42,792 bases of DNA, from positions 1 to 42,792 of IMG/VR virus record IMGVR_UViG_3300017658_000257, one strand, 5' to 3'. This document shows positions 27,584-34,760 of the stretch, in pieces (the first letter of the stretch is position 1; every line of letters starts with the position of its first letter). Made by a program: the position numbers and the translations under genes. Source of the stretch: a virus. Taxonomy: Duplodnaviria; Caudoviricetes. A model generated the notes under the pieces. The model made no database searches. It was not told the DNA's origin and saw only the letters and a program-made list of their open reading frames with translations.

Positions 27584-27867
27584 CAGCGTGCCGCCTTTGC
27601 GAGAACGCGAAGCGCGGCGCGCTCGCCTTCGGTGCCGCGGCCGACGACGACAAGGCGATGGTGGCGGCAATACATTCCGCCGGATGCACCCGGCATCCAT
27701 TCGCCGGGAGCGATCTCGACGGCGCAGAAGCGCGTGGCCGCGCCCTCCCCGCGCAGCGGGAACCGGCATTCATGGCTGGAAAGATCGGCGAGCACCCGGC
27801 CGAGGCTGTTGCAGCCCGGCGCCAGCGGCGCATCCTGTCCGGCAAGCGCGGCTGCGAGCGTGCGCAT
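27583..27867 (-). CDS. GcrA C-terminal-like protein
   Basis: LADLSSHECRFP...RFC...YCRHH matches the GcrA C-terminal Cys/His pattern. Confidence 0.7.
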   Translation of the reverse strand: MRTLAAALAGQDAPLAPGCNSLGRVLADLSSHECRFPLRGEGAATRFCAVEIAPGEWMPGASGGMYCRHHRLVVVGRGTEGERAALRVLAKAAR

Positions 27868-28346
27868 CAGCCGACCACCTTCAGCCCACCGGCCGCGCGA
27901 CCACCGGCGAGGATCTTGCGGTATTCGGAAACCGCATCGTTGACCTTGGAGAGCGCGCGGTCGATCTGCGCGCTTTCGGCCGGCGTGATCTGGCCGTCGG
28001 CGAACGCCAGGGCGCCTTCGGTCATCAACTCGCCCATGCGAACGACGGCTTCGGCGTGCGCGCTCATCACGCAGCCGTTGGCGGCAACGGATTCCGTTTC
28101 GGTGAAGCGGCGGCCACGGGCAGCGGCGATTGCCGTGCTGACGTCGTAGCGGCACGTCTCCTCCTCCAGCGCGAACACTGCCTCCAACGGCATCAGTTCG
28201 GGGCTTTCGCCGTTGGCCCAGCGACCGACGGTCGACTTGCCGTAGGAACAGACGGCGGCGGCGCGCTCGATGCCGCCGGCTGCCGCGATCAGATCGCGCT
28301 GCGCGGCCTTGAGCATGAAATGGCGGGCATTGGCGTTGGGAACCAT
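27867..28346 (-). CDS. CII-like phage regulatory protein
   Basis: LKAAQRDLIAAAGGIERAA...KSTVGRW...DGQITPAE; downstream of cro. Confidence 0.7.
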   Translation of the reverse strand: MVPNANARHFMLKAAQRDLIAAAGGIERAAAVCSYGKSTVGRWANGESPELMPLEAVFALEEETCRYDVSTAIAAARGRRFTETESVAANGCVMSAHAEAVVRMGELMTEGALAFADGQITPAESAQIDRALSKVNDAVSEYRKILAGGRAAGGLKVVG

Positions 28347-28376
28347 GGCGGCGGCGCTCCTCGAATGCGCAAAAGC

Positions 28377-28421
28377 TTTCCCGCGCCGGGAAAACCCGGC
28401 GTCGTTTCCCGTGGCGGGAAT
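28377..28421. promoter_or_regulatory. Two 17-bp palindromic boxes upstream of the cII-like gene
   Basis: TTTCCC-GCGCC-GGGAAA (28377-28393) and TTTCCC-GTGGC-GGGAAT (28405-28421). Confidence 0.5.
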
Positions 28422-28481
28422 GTAAGGTTTGATTCAGTGTGCGGGCGTCAGATCACGTCGGAGGCCCGCAGATTGATGCGC

Positions 28482-29252
28482 TCATGGTCCGCCACCTCGA
28501 AAACGGTTCGCAGCGCGCCGCGCGAAGTCCGGCAGTTCCGCCAGGTCGACCTCGTGCGCGTCGCGCATGATCAGGGAATGGATGCCGATGGCCTCGGCGG
28601 CGCCCGCGATCAGCAGCGCCAGGACATCGCCGGCCGGCTTGCCCTCATGGGCGGCGACCAGCGACAGGATGAAGGCCGAAGCCTCGGAAAGGGTGATGAC
28701 GGACGCTGCTCCACCAGAGGCTTCAACATCCCGTCCGTCATCTTCGCCAGTGAAGCCGGGCAGCGCGGACCGCTGGCGATCAGCCGCATCGTCGCCCCTA
28801 CTCACCTCTCCCGCCGTCGGGGCGCCTGTCGCGGCGCCGGTCCGACCGTTGTCCTCGGAGGTTTTCGCTCGGGATTGAATGACCGCACCGGCCTGGGCGG
28901 GGGGCTTGGGTTGATCGGCCGGTGCGGTCTCTCGCGCAGCGCTCCCAACGCCGCCCGCGCGAAGACTGGTTGCAGGAGCCGGACTCGCACCGGCGGTCTC
29001 CTGGGTATGAACCAGGCGAGATGCTGCTTCTCCATCCTGCAGGAAAGGGACATCCGCGCCGGATGCGTGCGGGAGAACATCCGGCGCGGTCTCGAGCGCG
29101 GCCCCGGCAACAAGGGACGTGCGGGAGATGACTGCCGCGCCGGACGCGTGACCGGTCGGCGCGGCTTCGCGGTCAGGCGCTTGGGCAGCCGTCGCGAAAC
29201 ATGGACGCGGCACGAGCCGCTTGTGGAAGGAAGACGGCGCGAGGCTGTTCAT
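28482..29252 (-). CDS. Hypothetical low-complexity protein
   Basis: ATGA-coupled to cro; Ala/Pro-rich. Confidence 0.5.
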   Translation of the reverse strand: MNSLAPSSFHKRLVPRPCFATAAQAPDREAAPTGHASGAAVISRTSLVAGAALETAPDVLPHASGADVPFLQDGEAASRLVHTQETAGASPAPATSLRAGGVGSAARETAPADQPKPPAQAGAVIQSRAKTSEDNGRTGAATGAPTAGEVSRGDDAADRQRSALPGFTGEDDGRDVEASGGAASVITLSEASAFILSLVAAHEGKPAGDVLALLIAGAAEAIGIHSLIMRDAHEVDLAELPDFARRAANRFRGGGP

Positions 29253-29455
29253 TCGGCTGCCTCACTCGGACGATTTTGATTGCGCTCGGCGATGAAGGCC
29301 CTGACACGCTCCGCCGTAACTAGCGTGACGGTCTTCCCCTTCTCAAGCCGGTCGACAAGCTCCGAATTCCCGCAAGACGCCTTACCGAAATACGTCGGAC
29401 CCATGCCCGACGCAGCAAGGAACTCACGGATGTCTGAAAGCAAATCGCTAGCCAT
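29249..29455 (-). CDS. Cro-like repressor
   Basis: MASDLLSDIREFLAASGMGPTYFGKASCGNSELVDRLEKGK; divergent from the XRE repressor. Confidence 0.85.
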   Translation of the reverse strand: MASDLLSDIREFLAASGMGPTYFGKASCGNSELVDRLEKGKTVTLVTAERVRAFIAERNQNRPSEAAE

Positions 29456-29462
29456 GCGGCGC

Positions 29463-29535
29463 AACGTATCCTCTAAAGCGGATATGTCAAGCATCCTCTA
29501 TGAAGGACGTGCGCCAGTATCCGAAATAGCGGATA
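29463..29535. promoter_or_regulatory. OR-like region: three 18-bp operators and a PR-like promoter
   Basis: TATCCTCTAAAGCGGATA (29467-84), CATCCTCTATGAAGGACG (29492-509), TATCCGAAATAGCGGATA (29518-35); minus-strand TTGACA (29490-85) and TACGTT (29468-63). Confidence 0.8.
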
Positions 29536-29543
29536 TTCCGGCC

Positions 29544-29867
29544 ATGAAAGATGAAGGTTGGAAGAAGCGTCTGGCTGACGGAATCGAGGCCAAAGGCCTG
29601 TCGCAGCGCGAAGTGTCACTCGCTGCCGGCAAAGGCCCAGGCTACGTCAATTCGCTCTTGAACGAAGGGAAAGACCCTACCATTAACAATCTTCTGGTTG
29701 TCTGCAAAGCTGCCGGTCTCAGCCTGTATTCCGTCCTTTATGGGATCGAGATGAGTCGCGAGACGGAGGAGATTGTTCGGAAGCTTGAGACGTCATCAGA
29801 AGCGAAGCGGCGCGGCCTCCTCCAAATCCTTCAGGATGAAGATGGCGCCGAAGGGCCCTCTGTTTAG
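29544..29867 (+). CDS. CI-like XRE repressor without peptidase domain
   Basis: MKDEGWKKRLADGIEAKGLSQREVSLAAGKGPGYVNSLLNEGKDPT; 107 aa; divergent from cro. Confidence 0.88.
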   Translation: MKDEGWKKRLADGIEAKGLSQREVSLAAGKGPGYVNSLLNEGKDPTINNLLVVCKAAGLSLYSVLYGIEMSRETEEIVRKLETSSEAKRRGLLQILQDEDGAEGPSV

Positions 29868-29916
29868 CAGCAGGTCCAAGGCGCGACATAAGCGCAAGAA
29901 ATTCCGATACTCGCAT
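29719..29916 (-). CDS. Possible small antisense ORF overlapping the repressor 3' end
   Basis: GGGAGGG RBS before ATG 29916; MRVSEFLALMSRLGPAAKQRALRRHL. Confidence 0.35.
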   Translation of the reverse strand: MRVSEFLALMSRLGPAAKQRALRRHLHPEGFGGGRAASLLMTSQASEQSPPSRDSSRSHKGRNTG

Positions 29917-29973
29917 AAAACCCTCCCAGCCGGCCGCTGTTGCAACCGGCAAAACCAAACTCCTAAATATGAA

Positions 29974-30256
29974 ACGCATCCCCCGATGCGACTAGTGAGT
30001 ATTTCAATGCTTGTTTCAGCTGCGGCACTGCTCTGGCGCCAAGCCGGGGGTTAGCAATCCGTCACGAGTACGGACCGATGGTTTTTAGCCTGAGCCTGGA
30101 CATGACACATCGCCCCCGGCCGAAAGCCAGGTTTGATGCGCGACGCCAGTCGCCGCATCGGTTCAGCACTTTGGGTAGCGCCTACTCGTGATCCGGGTTG
30201 CTAAGCCCACCCGAAAATGGACTGGTTTACACTCACTGGCAATCGATGAGGGGCGT
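29974..30256 (+). ncRNA. Candidate rod-like structured RNA
   Basis: Nested inverted repeats; 30047-30070 pairs with 30183-30208 at 23 of 24 positions; G-U wobbles fit the plus strand. Confidence 0.4.
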
Positions 30257-30293
30257 CACCGCTAATCATCCGTAAAGCGACCGTCGTTCCGGA

Positions 30294-30345
30294 TATCCTT
30301 TTTAGCGGATATCTGTCTTGACATATCCTCTATTGCGGATATTTT
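30294..30345 (+). promoter_or_regulatory. OL-like region: two operators and a PL-like promoter
   Basis: TATCCTTTTTAGCGGATA (30294-311), TTGACA (30318-23), TATCCTCTATTGCGGATA (30324-41), TATTTT (30340-45). Confidence 0.8.
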
Positions 30346-30379
30346 CACATCCATCGCAATCACGCGGTGGAGCAAGCCT

Positions 30380-30958
30380 GTGGCCGAGAGCCCCGACAAC
30401 GATCACTACCCGGCCACGAAGATCGACGACATGCTCGTCGTCACGATCCGGATCAGGGTCGCGGCCGTTCCGACTTTCCATAAACGGGAAGCGAATGGAG
30501 GGGGGTACACCCTCGACAATATGCTGGCTCGCGAAGTGTGCGAGCAGGAAATGGAAATCAACCTCGGCGCCGATGAAGACCTGATCGACGTTCTCGGCGA
30601 GATGATGGAAGCCACACAAGCGGAACGGCTGTACGGGTGGATGGCACAGTTCCGCGCCGGCCTTGCACTGGATGCTGATGAGATCGCTCCGGAAAGCGAG
30701 GCCCACCTTTACCCGTCGCCTGATCTATCGGCTATTTCTTCCGCGCAGCAAGCAGCGAGCCGAGCCGATCGCGGGAATCCCCGGCGAGCCGGAGGAGATC
30801 TTCGGCAAGGCCGAGCGCCTGATGGGGGAGCATCGTCAGCCAAAGTTCGTGATGTGGCCCGAAAAGCAGATCGCCGTCTGTCACGTAGTCCAGCCGAACT
30901 TGAGGCAACCCCTCAGGCGAAAGCTCGCAGCGGTAAGACGCAAGCTGGGGGCGCGTGA
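30380..30958 (+). CDS. First gene of the PL-like operon, hypothetical
   Basis: GTG with GGAG upstream; the acidic N-terminal half looks coding; the C-terminal part overlaps an antisense gene. Confidence 0.5.
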   Translation: MAESPDNDHYPATKIDDMLVVTIRIRVAAVPTFHKREANGGGYTLDNMLAREVCEQEMEINLGADEDLIDVLGEMMEATQAERLYGWMAQFRAGLALDADEIAPESEAHLYPSPDLSAISSAQQAASRADRGNPRRAGGDLRQGRAPDGGASSAKVRDVARKADRRLSRSPAELEATPQAKARSGKTQAGGA

Positions 30959-30983
30959 TGGTTGTCTTTGCTTTCTTCGCCAT
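30732..30983 (-). CDS. Hypothetical protein (antisense moron)
   Basis: GAGGG RBS; MAKKAKTTITRPQL... Confidence 0.6.
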   Translation of the reverse strand: MAKKAKTTITRPQLASYRCELSPEGLPQVRLDYVTDGDLLFGPHHELWLTMLPHQALGLAEDLLRLAGDSRDRLGSLLAARKK

Positions 30984-31010
30984 TGGAAATCCCTCGGATC
31001 GTGCGCGCCG

Positions 31011-31292
31011 TCAATCCCGCCCGAGCGCGTTGAGGCGTTCGGCCGCTGCACGGATCGGCGACATCCGATCCTCGGAATGCTCATCCAAAGCAACCATCCG
31101 CTGCTCGATGCGCAGCAGCGAGTCGATGGCCGCGCCCGCCTGGCGGGACAATTCCCCAATGGCGAAAGTCAACGCGCCGCCGATCAGAAACATGAAGCTC
31201 GCAAGCTCTTGCGTGATCGTCGGTGCCGCCGCCAGTCCCATTGCCCCGAAAAGCATCTCGATGGCACCGGCAGCGAAAAACAATACGAACAT
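31011..31292 (-). CDS. Two-TM membrane protein (antisense moron)
   Basis: GGGGAGGG RBS; MFVLFFAAGAIEMLFGAMGLA...FMFLIGGALTFAIG. Confidence 0.65.
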   Translation of the reverse strand: MFVLFFAAGAIEMLFGAMGLAAAPTITQELASFMFLIGGALTFAIGELSRQAGAAIDSLLRIEQRMVALDEHSEDRMSPIRAAAERLNALGRD

Positions 31293-31371
31293 GGTGAGCC
31301 CTCCCCTTTGCCATCTTGGCACATTCATTCGGGTGCGCAAGTCGCGCACCTTCGGCATCTGAGGCGCGACT

Positions 31372-31677
31372 ATGCTGACCGCAGCAATCCACCTCACCTT
31401 CTCCGATCCCGGCGATTTCGTCGCCGAGAGCCGGGCTGTCGCCGCTCTTGAGGATTGCGGCTTCTCTGTCGGTCGCATGCAGGCCCACGCTCCGCGTGGA
31501 ATCCTGTTCGGCGTCTATGACATCCAGAAGTGGAAGAATCTGAACGGCGAGCATCGCCGGGCACTGCATGGCGTGATGAACGGCGACTATCGCAATGGGC
31601 CGGTCACCGTCGAGATATTCGACAGCGCGCCCGAGAGGGGCGTCGCTGCGCTTCGTAAATGGGAGGCGCTGTCGTGA
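31372..31677 (+). CDS. Hypothetical phage protein
   Basis: GAGG RBS; GFSVGRMQAHAPRGIL...IQKWKNL...GDYRNGPV. Confidence 0.7.
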   Translation: MLTAAIHLTFSDPGDFVAESRAVAALEDCGFSVGRMQAHAPRGILFGVYDIQKWKNLNGEHRRALHGVMNGDYRNGPVTVEIFDSAPERGVAALRKWEALS

Positions 31678-31685
31678 GCCTTGGG

Positions 31686-32222
31686 TCAGCCCGCCTTTCC
31701 TGGCAGCTCGCAGAGTTTCCGATAGGTGTATCCCTCGAAGGACACCCAGTTCTGCAAGAGCCGATGCAGCAACGGGATATGCAGGCGTTCCTGCTGATCC
31801 ATTTCCATGGCCCCTATTGCGTCGTTGTAGGCCTTTGCGTCGACGGCGCGCATGACCGGCGGCTCATCCCCGGCGATGCGGACCATGCGGCTATACCATG
31901 CGGCGCACTGATCCGCCGTGGGCTCGGTGACCTCCTCGATATCCGCCAGCAAATTGTAGTAGTCGCGCTGGAGCGTTCGGTGTTCACGAGCCGAGCCGGC
32001 GGGGTCGAACACCAATTGTATCGCGCCGAGGAGAGCAGCGAACGCCCCTGCAAGAAACTGCGGCCAACCGAGGTAGCCGAGAACACCGCCCATTGCCGAG
32101 GCGCCGGCGACAATCACTCCGAAGTTGAGCCAACGCGTCCGACGCTCGAACTTGAGACGTTGGGCGGTGTGATAGAGCGCATTGCGCAGAACGTTGAAGC
32201 GGATGTTCTCGGTGGCGCTCAT
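31686..32222 (-). CDS. SLATT-like two-TM effector protein
   Basis: ALYH helix, two TM segments, then AREHRTLQRDYYNL; AAAGGA RBS. Confidence 0.6.
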   Translation of the reverse strand: MSATENIRFNVLRNALYHTAQRLKFERRTRWLNFGVIVAGASAMGGVLGYLGWPQFLAGAFAALLGAIQLVFDPAGSAREHRTLQRDYYNLLADIEEVTEPTADQCAAWYSRMVRIAGDEPPVMRAVDAKAYNDAIGAMEMDQQERLHIPLLHRLLQNWVSFEGYTYRKLCELPGKAG

Positions 32223-32224
32223 CT

Positions 32225-32359
32225 TTATTTTCCTTTCTGCGGCGGCGGTGGTGGAGGCGGCGCCGGCTGCCTTGGACCGATGCTCCCTTCCTTGTCTCCG
32301 GAGGTGCGGGGCTGCCTGATCCCTAGCGATCTTTCCTCGTACTCGTATTCGTTCGACAT
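32225..32359 (-). CDS. 44-aa Pro-rich peptide
   Basis: AGAGGAG RBS; MSNEYEYEERSLGIRQPRTSGDKEGSIGPRQPAPPPPPPPQKGK; ends 2 nt before the SLATT-like start. Confidence 0.6.
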   Translation of the reverse strand: MSNEYEYEERSLGIRQPRTSGDKEGSIGPRQPAPPPPPPPQKGK

Positions 32360-32399
32360 GATATTCATCTCCTCTTGTCTTTGCCTTGAGGGGTTGACA

Positions 32400-32433
32400 G
32401 GGGCCGGGTCGCGTTGCTGCGCGACTCGGCTCC
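32400..32433. promoter_or_regulatory. 14-bp imperfect stem-loop between divergent genes
   Basis: GGGGCCGGGTCGCG-TTGCTG-CGCGACTCGGCTCC. Confidence 0.4.
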
Positions 32434-32530
32434 GCTCATCAGTGCACGGCGCGTTGATTCGTGAACGGCGAAATCGACCTGCGCTTCGCGCCGGCGGCGG
32501 TTTTACCCGCGATCCACAGGCCGGGAGCGC

Positions 32531-32878
32531 ATGATGGCCTCCCGCAAGCGCTTCACCCGCAAGGACCGCGAGCGCATCCTCGATGCGAATGACCATCGCT
32601 GTCATATCTGCAAGGGCAGGATCGCGGACGATCAGGCATGGGAGATCGAGCACGTCATTCCGTGGAAGCTGACGCGCGACGATGGCGACAACAACCTTCG
32701 CCCAGCCCACAAGAAATGCCACTCGCGCAAGACGCACAAGTTCGACCGCCCCGCGATCAGCAAGGCCGAGCGCATGCGCGCCAAGCATCGCGGCTGCTGG
32801 CCGAGGCCGGCCGGCAACGCCCGTCTCGGCTCCCGCCCTTTCCAGTCAACCCGGTTCATCTCGCATCCGCGCCGCTAA
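32531..32878 (+). CDS. HNH endonuclease (early region)
   Basis: CHIC...WEIEHVIP...NLRPAHKKCH. Confidence 0.85.
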   Translation: MMASRKRFTRKDRERILDANDHRCHICKGRIADDQAWEIEHVIPWKLTRDDGDNNLRPAHKKCHSRKTHKFDRPAISKAERMRAKHRGCWPRPAGNARLGSRPFQSTRFISHPRR

Positions 32879-32913
32879 ACGAGCGCCACGCATCAACCCG
32901 AAAGGAGATTTCA

Positions 32914-33801
32914 ATGGCAACCGCCCCTTCCTCCGCCTCCACCATCCAGCGTTCCGATCCCGGCGCATCGATCTTCGCCGTTACCGGCGCTTCCTCTGTC
33001 GCCATTCGCGCCGGCACCACCATCGGCGCCGTCGACTTCATGGAAGACACGCCGCTTGCCCTCCCCGAACTGACGGCCGGTACGGACTATGCCGTGCGCC
33101 TCGTCGACGGCTCGCCCGTCATCGGGAATTGCTCGGACGGCGTGCCGACGGATGCCGTCGGCGGTTTCCATTTCGCACCGGGCGGCAATGCCGCCGCGGC
33201 GGCCGGGGGCGACACCGTTGCAGCCATCAATCCCTTTTCCTGCTGGGATGCAGGTTTCCGGCCGGCCTGCCCCGATCCGCGCGGCATGGCGCTGATCGAC
33301 CGCCACGGCGCGCGCTTCTGGTGCGATATCTATCTGCTCGGCGTCGATCATCTGACGGCAGGCACGTCGCGCTTTGGCCAGACGATCGCCGACGGGAAGT
33401 CGCTGCCGCAGGCGACGGACGGCAAGGGGCGGACCAAAAAGCTCGACTATGCCGCCGCCGCCTCGATCTACGCCCACCACGGCAAGCGGTTGCTGACCGT
33501 CGAGGAATTCTTCGCGGCAGCCTACGGCGTGAGCGAGCGCACCGCCGCCGACAACGATCCGGACAGGACCGGGCTCGATGCGCCGCGCACCAGCCGCTTC
33601 GGCCTGATGCAGGCGACCGGAAACATGTGGGTGTGGGGCAACGACGGCCACCCCGACATCCCGCGTGCCTCCATCTTCGGCGGCAGCTGGTGGGACGGCG
33701 GCAACGCCGGTTCCCGCTACGCGAGCCTGGACGGCTGGGCCGGGAACTCGCTCGGGGGCATCTCGGCGCGCGGGGCCTGCGACCACCTGAGCCCTGCATA
33801 G
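32914..33801 (+). CDS. DGR target protein 1, Mtd-like C-type lectin fold
   Basis: AAAGGAG RBS; Mtd-like motifs LTAGTDYA, GGFHFAPG, FRPACPDPRGM, HGKRL, C-terminal ARGACDHL; carries VR1. Confidence 0.93.
   Translation: MATAPSSASTIQRSDPGASIFAVTGASSVAIRAGTTIGAVDFMEDTPLALPELTAGTDYAVRLVDGSPVIGNCSDGVPTDAVGGFHFAPGGNAAAAAGGDTVAAINPFSCWDAGFRPACPDPRGMALIDRHGARFWCDIYLLGVDHLTAGTSRFGQTIADGKSLPQATDGKGRTKKLDYAAAASIYAHHGKRLLTVEEFFAAAYGVSERTAADNDPDRTGLDAPRTSRFGLMQATGNMWVWGNDGHPDIPRASIFGGSWWDGGNAGSRYASLDGWAGNSLGGISARGACDHLSPA
33658..33783 (+). repeat. DGR variable repeat VR1
   Basis: 126-bp ungapped match to TR with 11 mismatches, all at TR adenines (9 A>G, 1 A>C, 1 A>T). Confidence 0.97.
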
Positions 33802-33820
33802 CCTGCGCGAAAGCGCAGGC
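33764..33820 (+). promoter_or_regulatory. G/C element, IMH and GAAA hairpin of target 1
   Basis: 14-nt G/C run CGGCGCGCGGGGCC, TGCGACCACCTGAGCCCTG, hairpin GCCTGCGC-GAAA-GCGCAGGC (33801-33820). Confidence 0.88.
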
Positions 33821-33881
33821 GCCTCCCCCTCTCCCATAAACAGACCGCGCCGGATCGGCGCCCGCAGGACAGGAGTCCGAC

Positions 33882-33968
33882 ATGGAGACATTCAAGGATA
33901 TTCTCGCCGGTTTGGCGATGACGGCCTTCATGCTGTCCGCCGTCATCTGGCTGGGTGTGCTCGCATGA
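33882..33968 (+). CDS. 28-aa hydrophobic peptide
   Basis: AGGAG RBS; METFKDILAGLAMTAFMLSAVIWLGVLA; ATGA-coupled to the next ORF; below the ORF-track cutoff. Confidence 0.65.
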   Translation: METFKDILAGLAMTAFMLSAVIWLGVLA

Positions 33969-34219
33969 TCGCCCAGCGCAACCCGCAGCCCTACGGCGCC
34001 GAGCTGATCGACGGCCTCGACCCCGTCTATGGCGACGTCACGATCCCGCCCGGCAACCGCACGGTGCGCGTCTGCGCCGGCTGGCCCGAATGCAATTGCG
34101 ACGGCGATTGCGAAACCATCGTGCTCGGGCCGACGCCGGCCGAGCGCCGCGTCCTGTTCGTCCTCCTCATCGTCGTGGCGGCAGTCGGATGCGGCCTCAT
34201 CTGGATTGGGCTGCGGTGA
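33965..34219 (+). CDS. Small Cys-rich protein with C-terminal TM anchor
   Basis: CAGWPECNCDGDC, then VLFVLLIVVAAVGCGLIWIGL. Confidence 0.65.
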   Translation: MIAQRNPQPYGAELIDGLDPVYGDVTIPPGNRTVRVCAGWPECNCDGDCETIVLGPTPAERRVLFVLLIVVAAVGCGLIWIGLR

Positions 34220-34509
34220 TGGCCTCCGACCGAGACATCATTCGCGCCATCGCTGAACTGCTCGACCAGGAGCTGTTCGGCATCAGCATGCTGATCGCCG
34301 ATACCGTCTGCTATGGCGGCCGTCTCGAAGAAGAAAAACGGCACGAGCGCAGCCTTGAGAAAATCAAGGCTCTCATCCCTGCCAGCCTGCAAGCCGAATT
34401 CGAATTGGACAGGCGACGCGCCAAGGCCGCGTCCCTTCGCGCGCAAGCCGATGCGCTGCTGGCGGTCGACGCCGCCGCATCTCCCCAACAGATGAAAGGG
34501 TCCGGCTGA
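34219..34509 (+). CDS. Hypothetical protein
   Basis: MASDRDIIRAIAELLD...; TGATG coupling at both ends. Confidence 0.65.
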   Translation: MASDRDIIRAIAELLDQELFGISMLIADTVCYGGRLEEEKRHERSLEKIKALIPASLQAEFELDRRRAKAASLRAQADALLAVDAAASPQQMKGSG

Positions 34510-34730
34510 TGTCGACTTTCCACCACTACCGCCGTGCCGTCGACTCAATCGGCGCCCTGCAGGTCGCAATCGAGGAAGCCGACCGGGAACTGGCCGATCT
34601 GGACCGCGAGATTTCCCGACTGTCGGCGCGGCGTGAAGACGTACTGCGCGAACGCGCGGCCCTGACCGCAGGCGCAGCCAACATCGGCCAGCGTGTCGGC
34701 CTCATGTCCTTCCGCCAGGCGGCGGAATAG
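34509..34730 (+). CDS. Small coiled-coil protein
   Basis: Heptad pattern LQVAIEEADRELADLDREISRL. Confidence 0.65.
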   Translation: MSTFHHYRRAVDSIGALQVAIEEADRELADLDREISRLSARREDVLRERAALTAGAANIGQRVGLMSFRQAAE

Positions 34731-34760
34731 CTCCCCACAATCTCAAAACGGAGAACCAGC

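Noticed and set aside
16235-29263. Recurrent C-terminal EAAE in four early proteins as a degron or protein motif
   Set aside because: Best explained by the nucleotide pattern GAGGCGGCGGAATGA, a Shine-Dalgarno plus ATGA coupling signal, at 18009, 21197 and 29249 (the 16235 copy is a weaker match).
24681-29279. Long plus-strand ORFs (604 aa, 579 aa) and similar ones such as 18759-20264 and 36220-37566
   Set aside because: Shadow ORFs antisense to well-supported coupled genes in high-GC DNA; Arg/Pro-rich with no recognisable motifs.
32394-32425. TTGACA as an internal promoter for the HNH-DGR genes
   Set aside because: No plausible -10 element at 16-18 bp spacing.
33801-33820. GAAA hairpins as intrinsic terminators
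   Set aside because: No U-tract follows; position and geometry match the DGR target-recognition hairpin.
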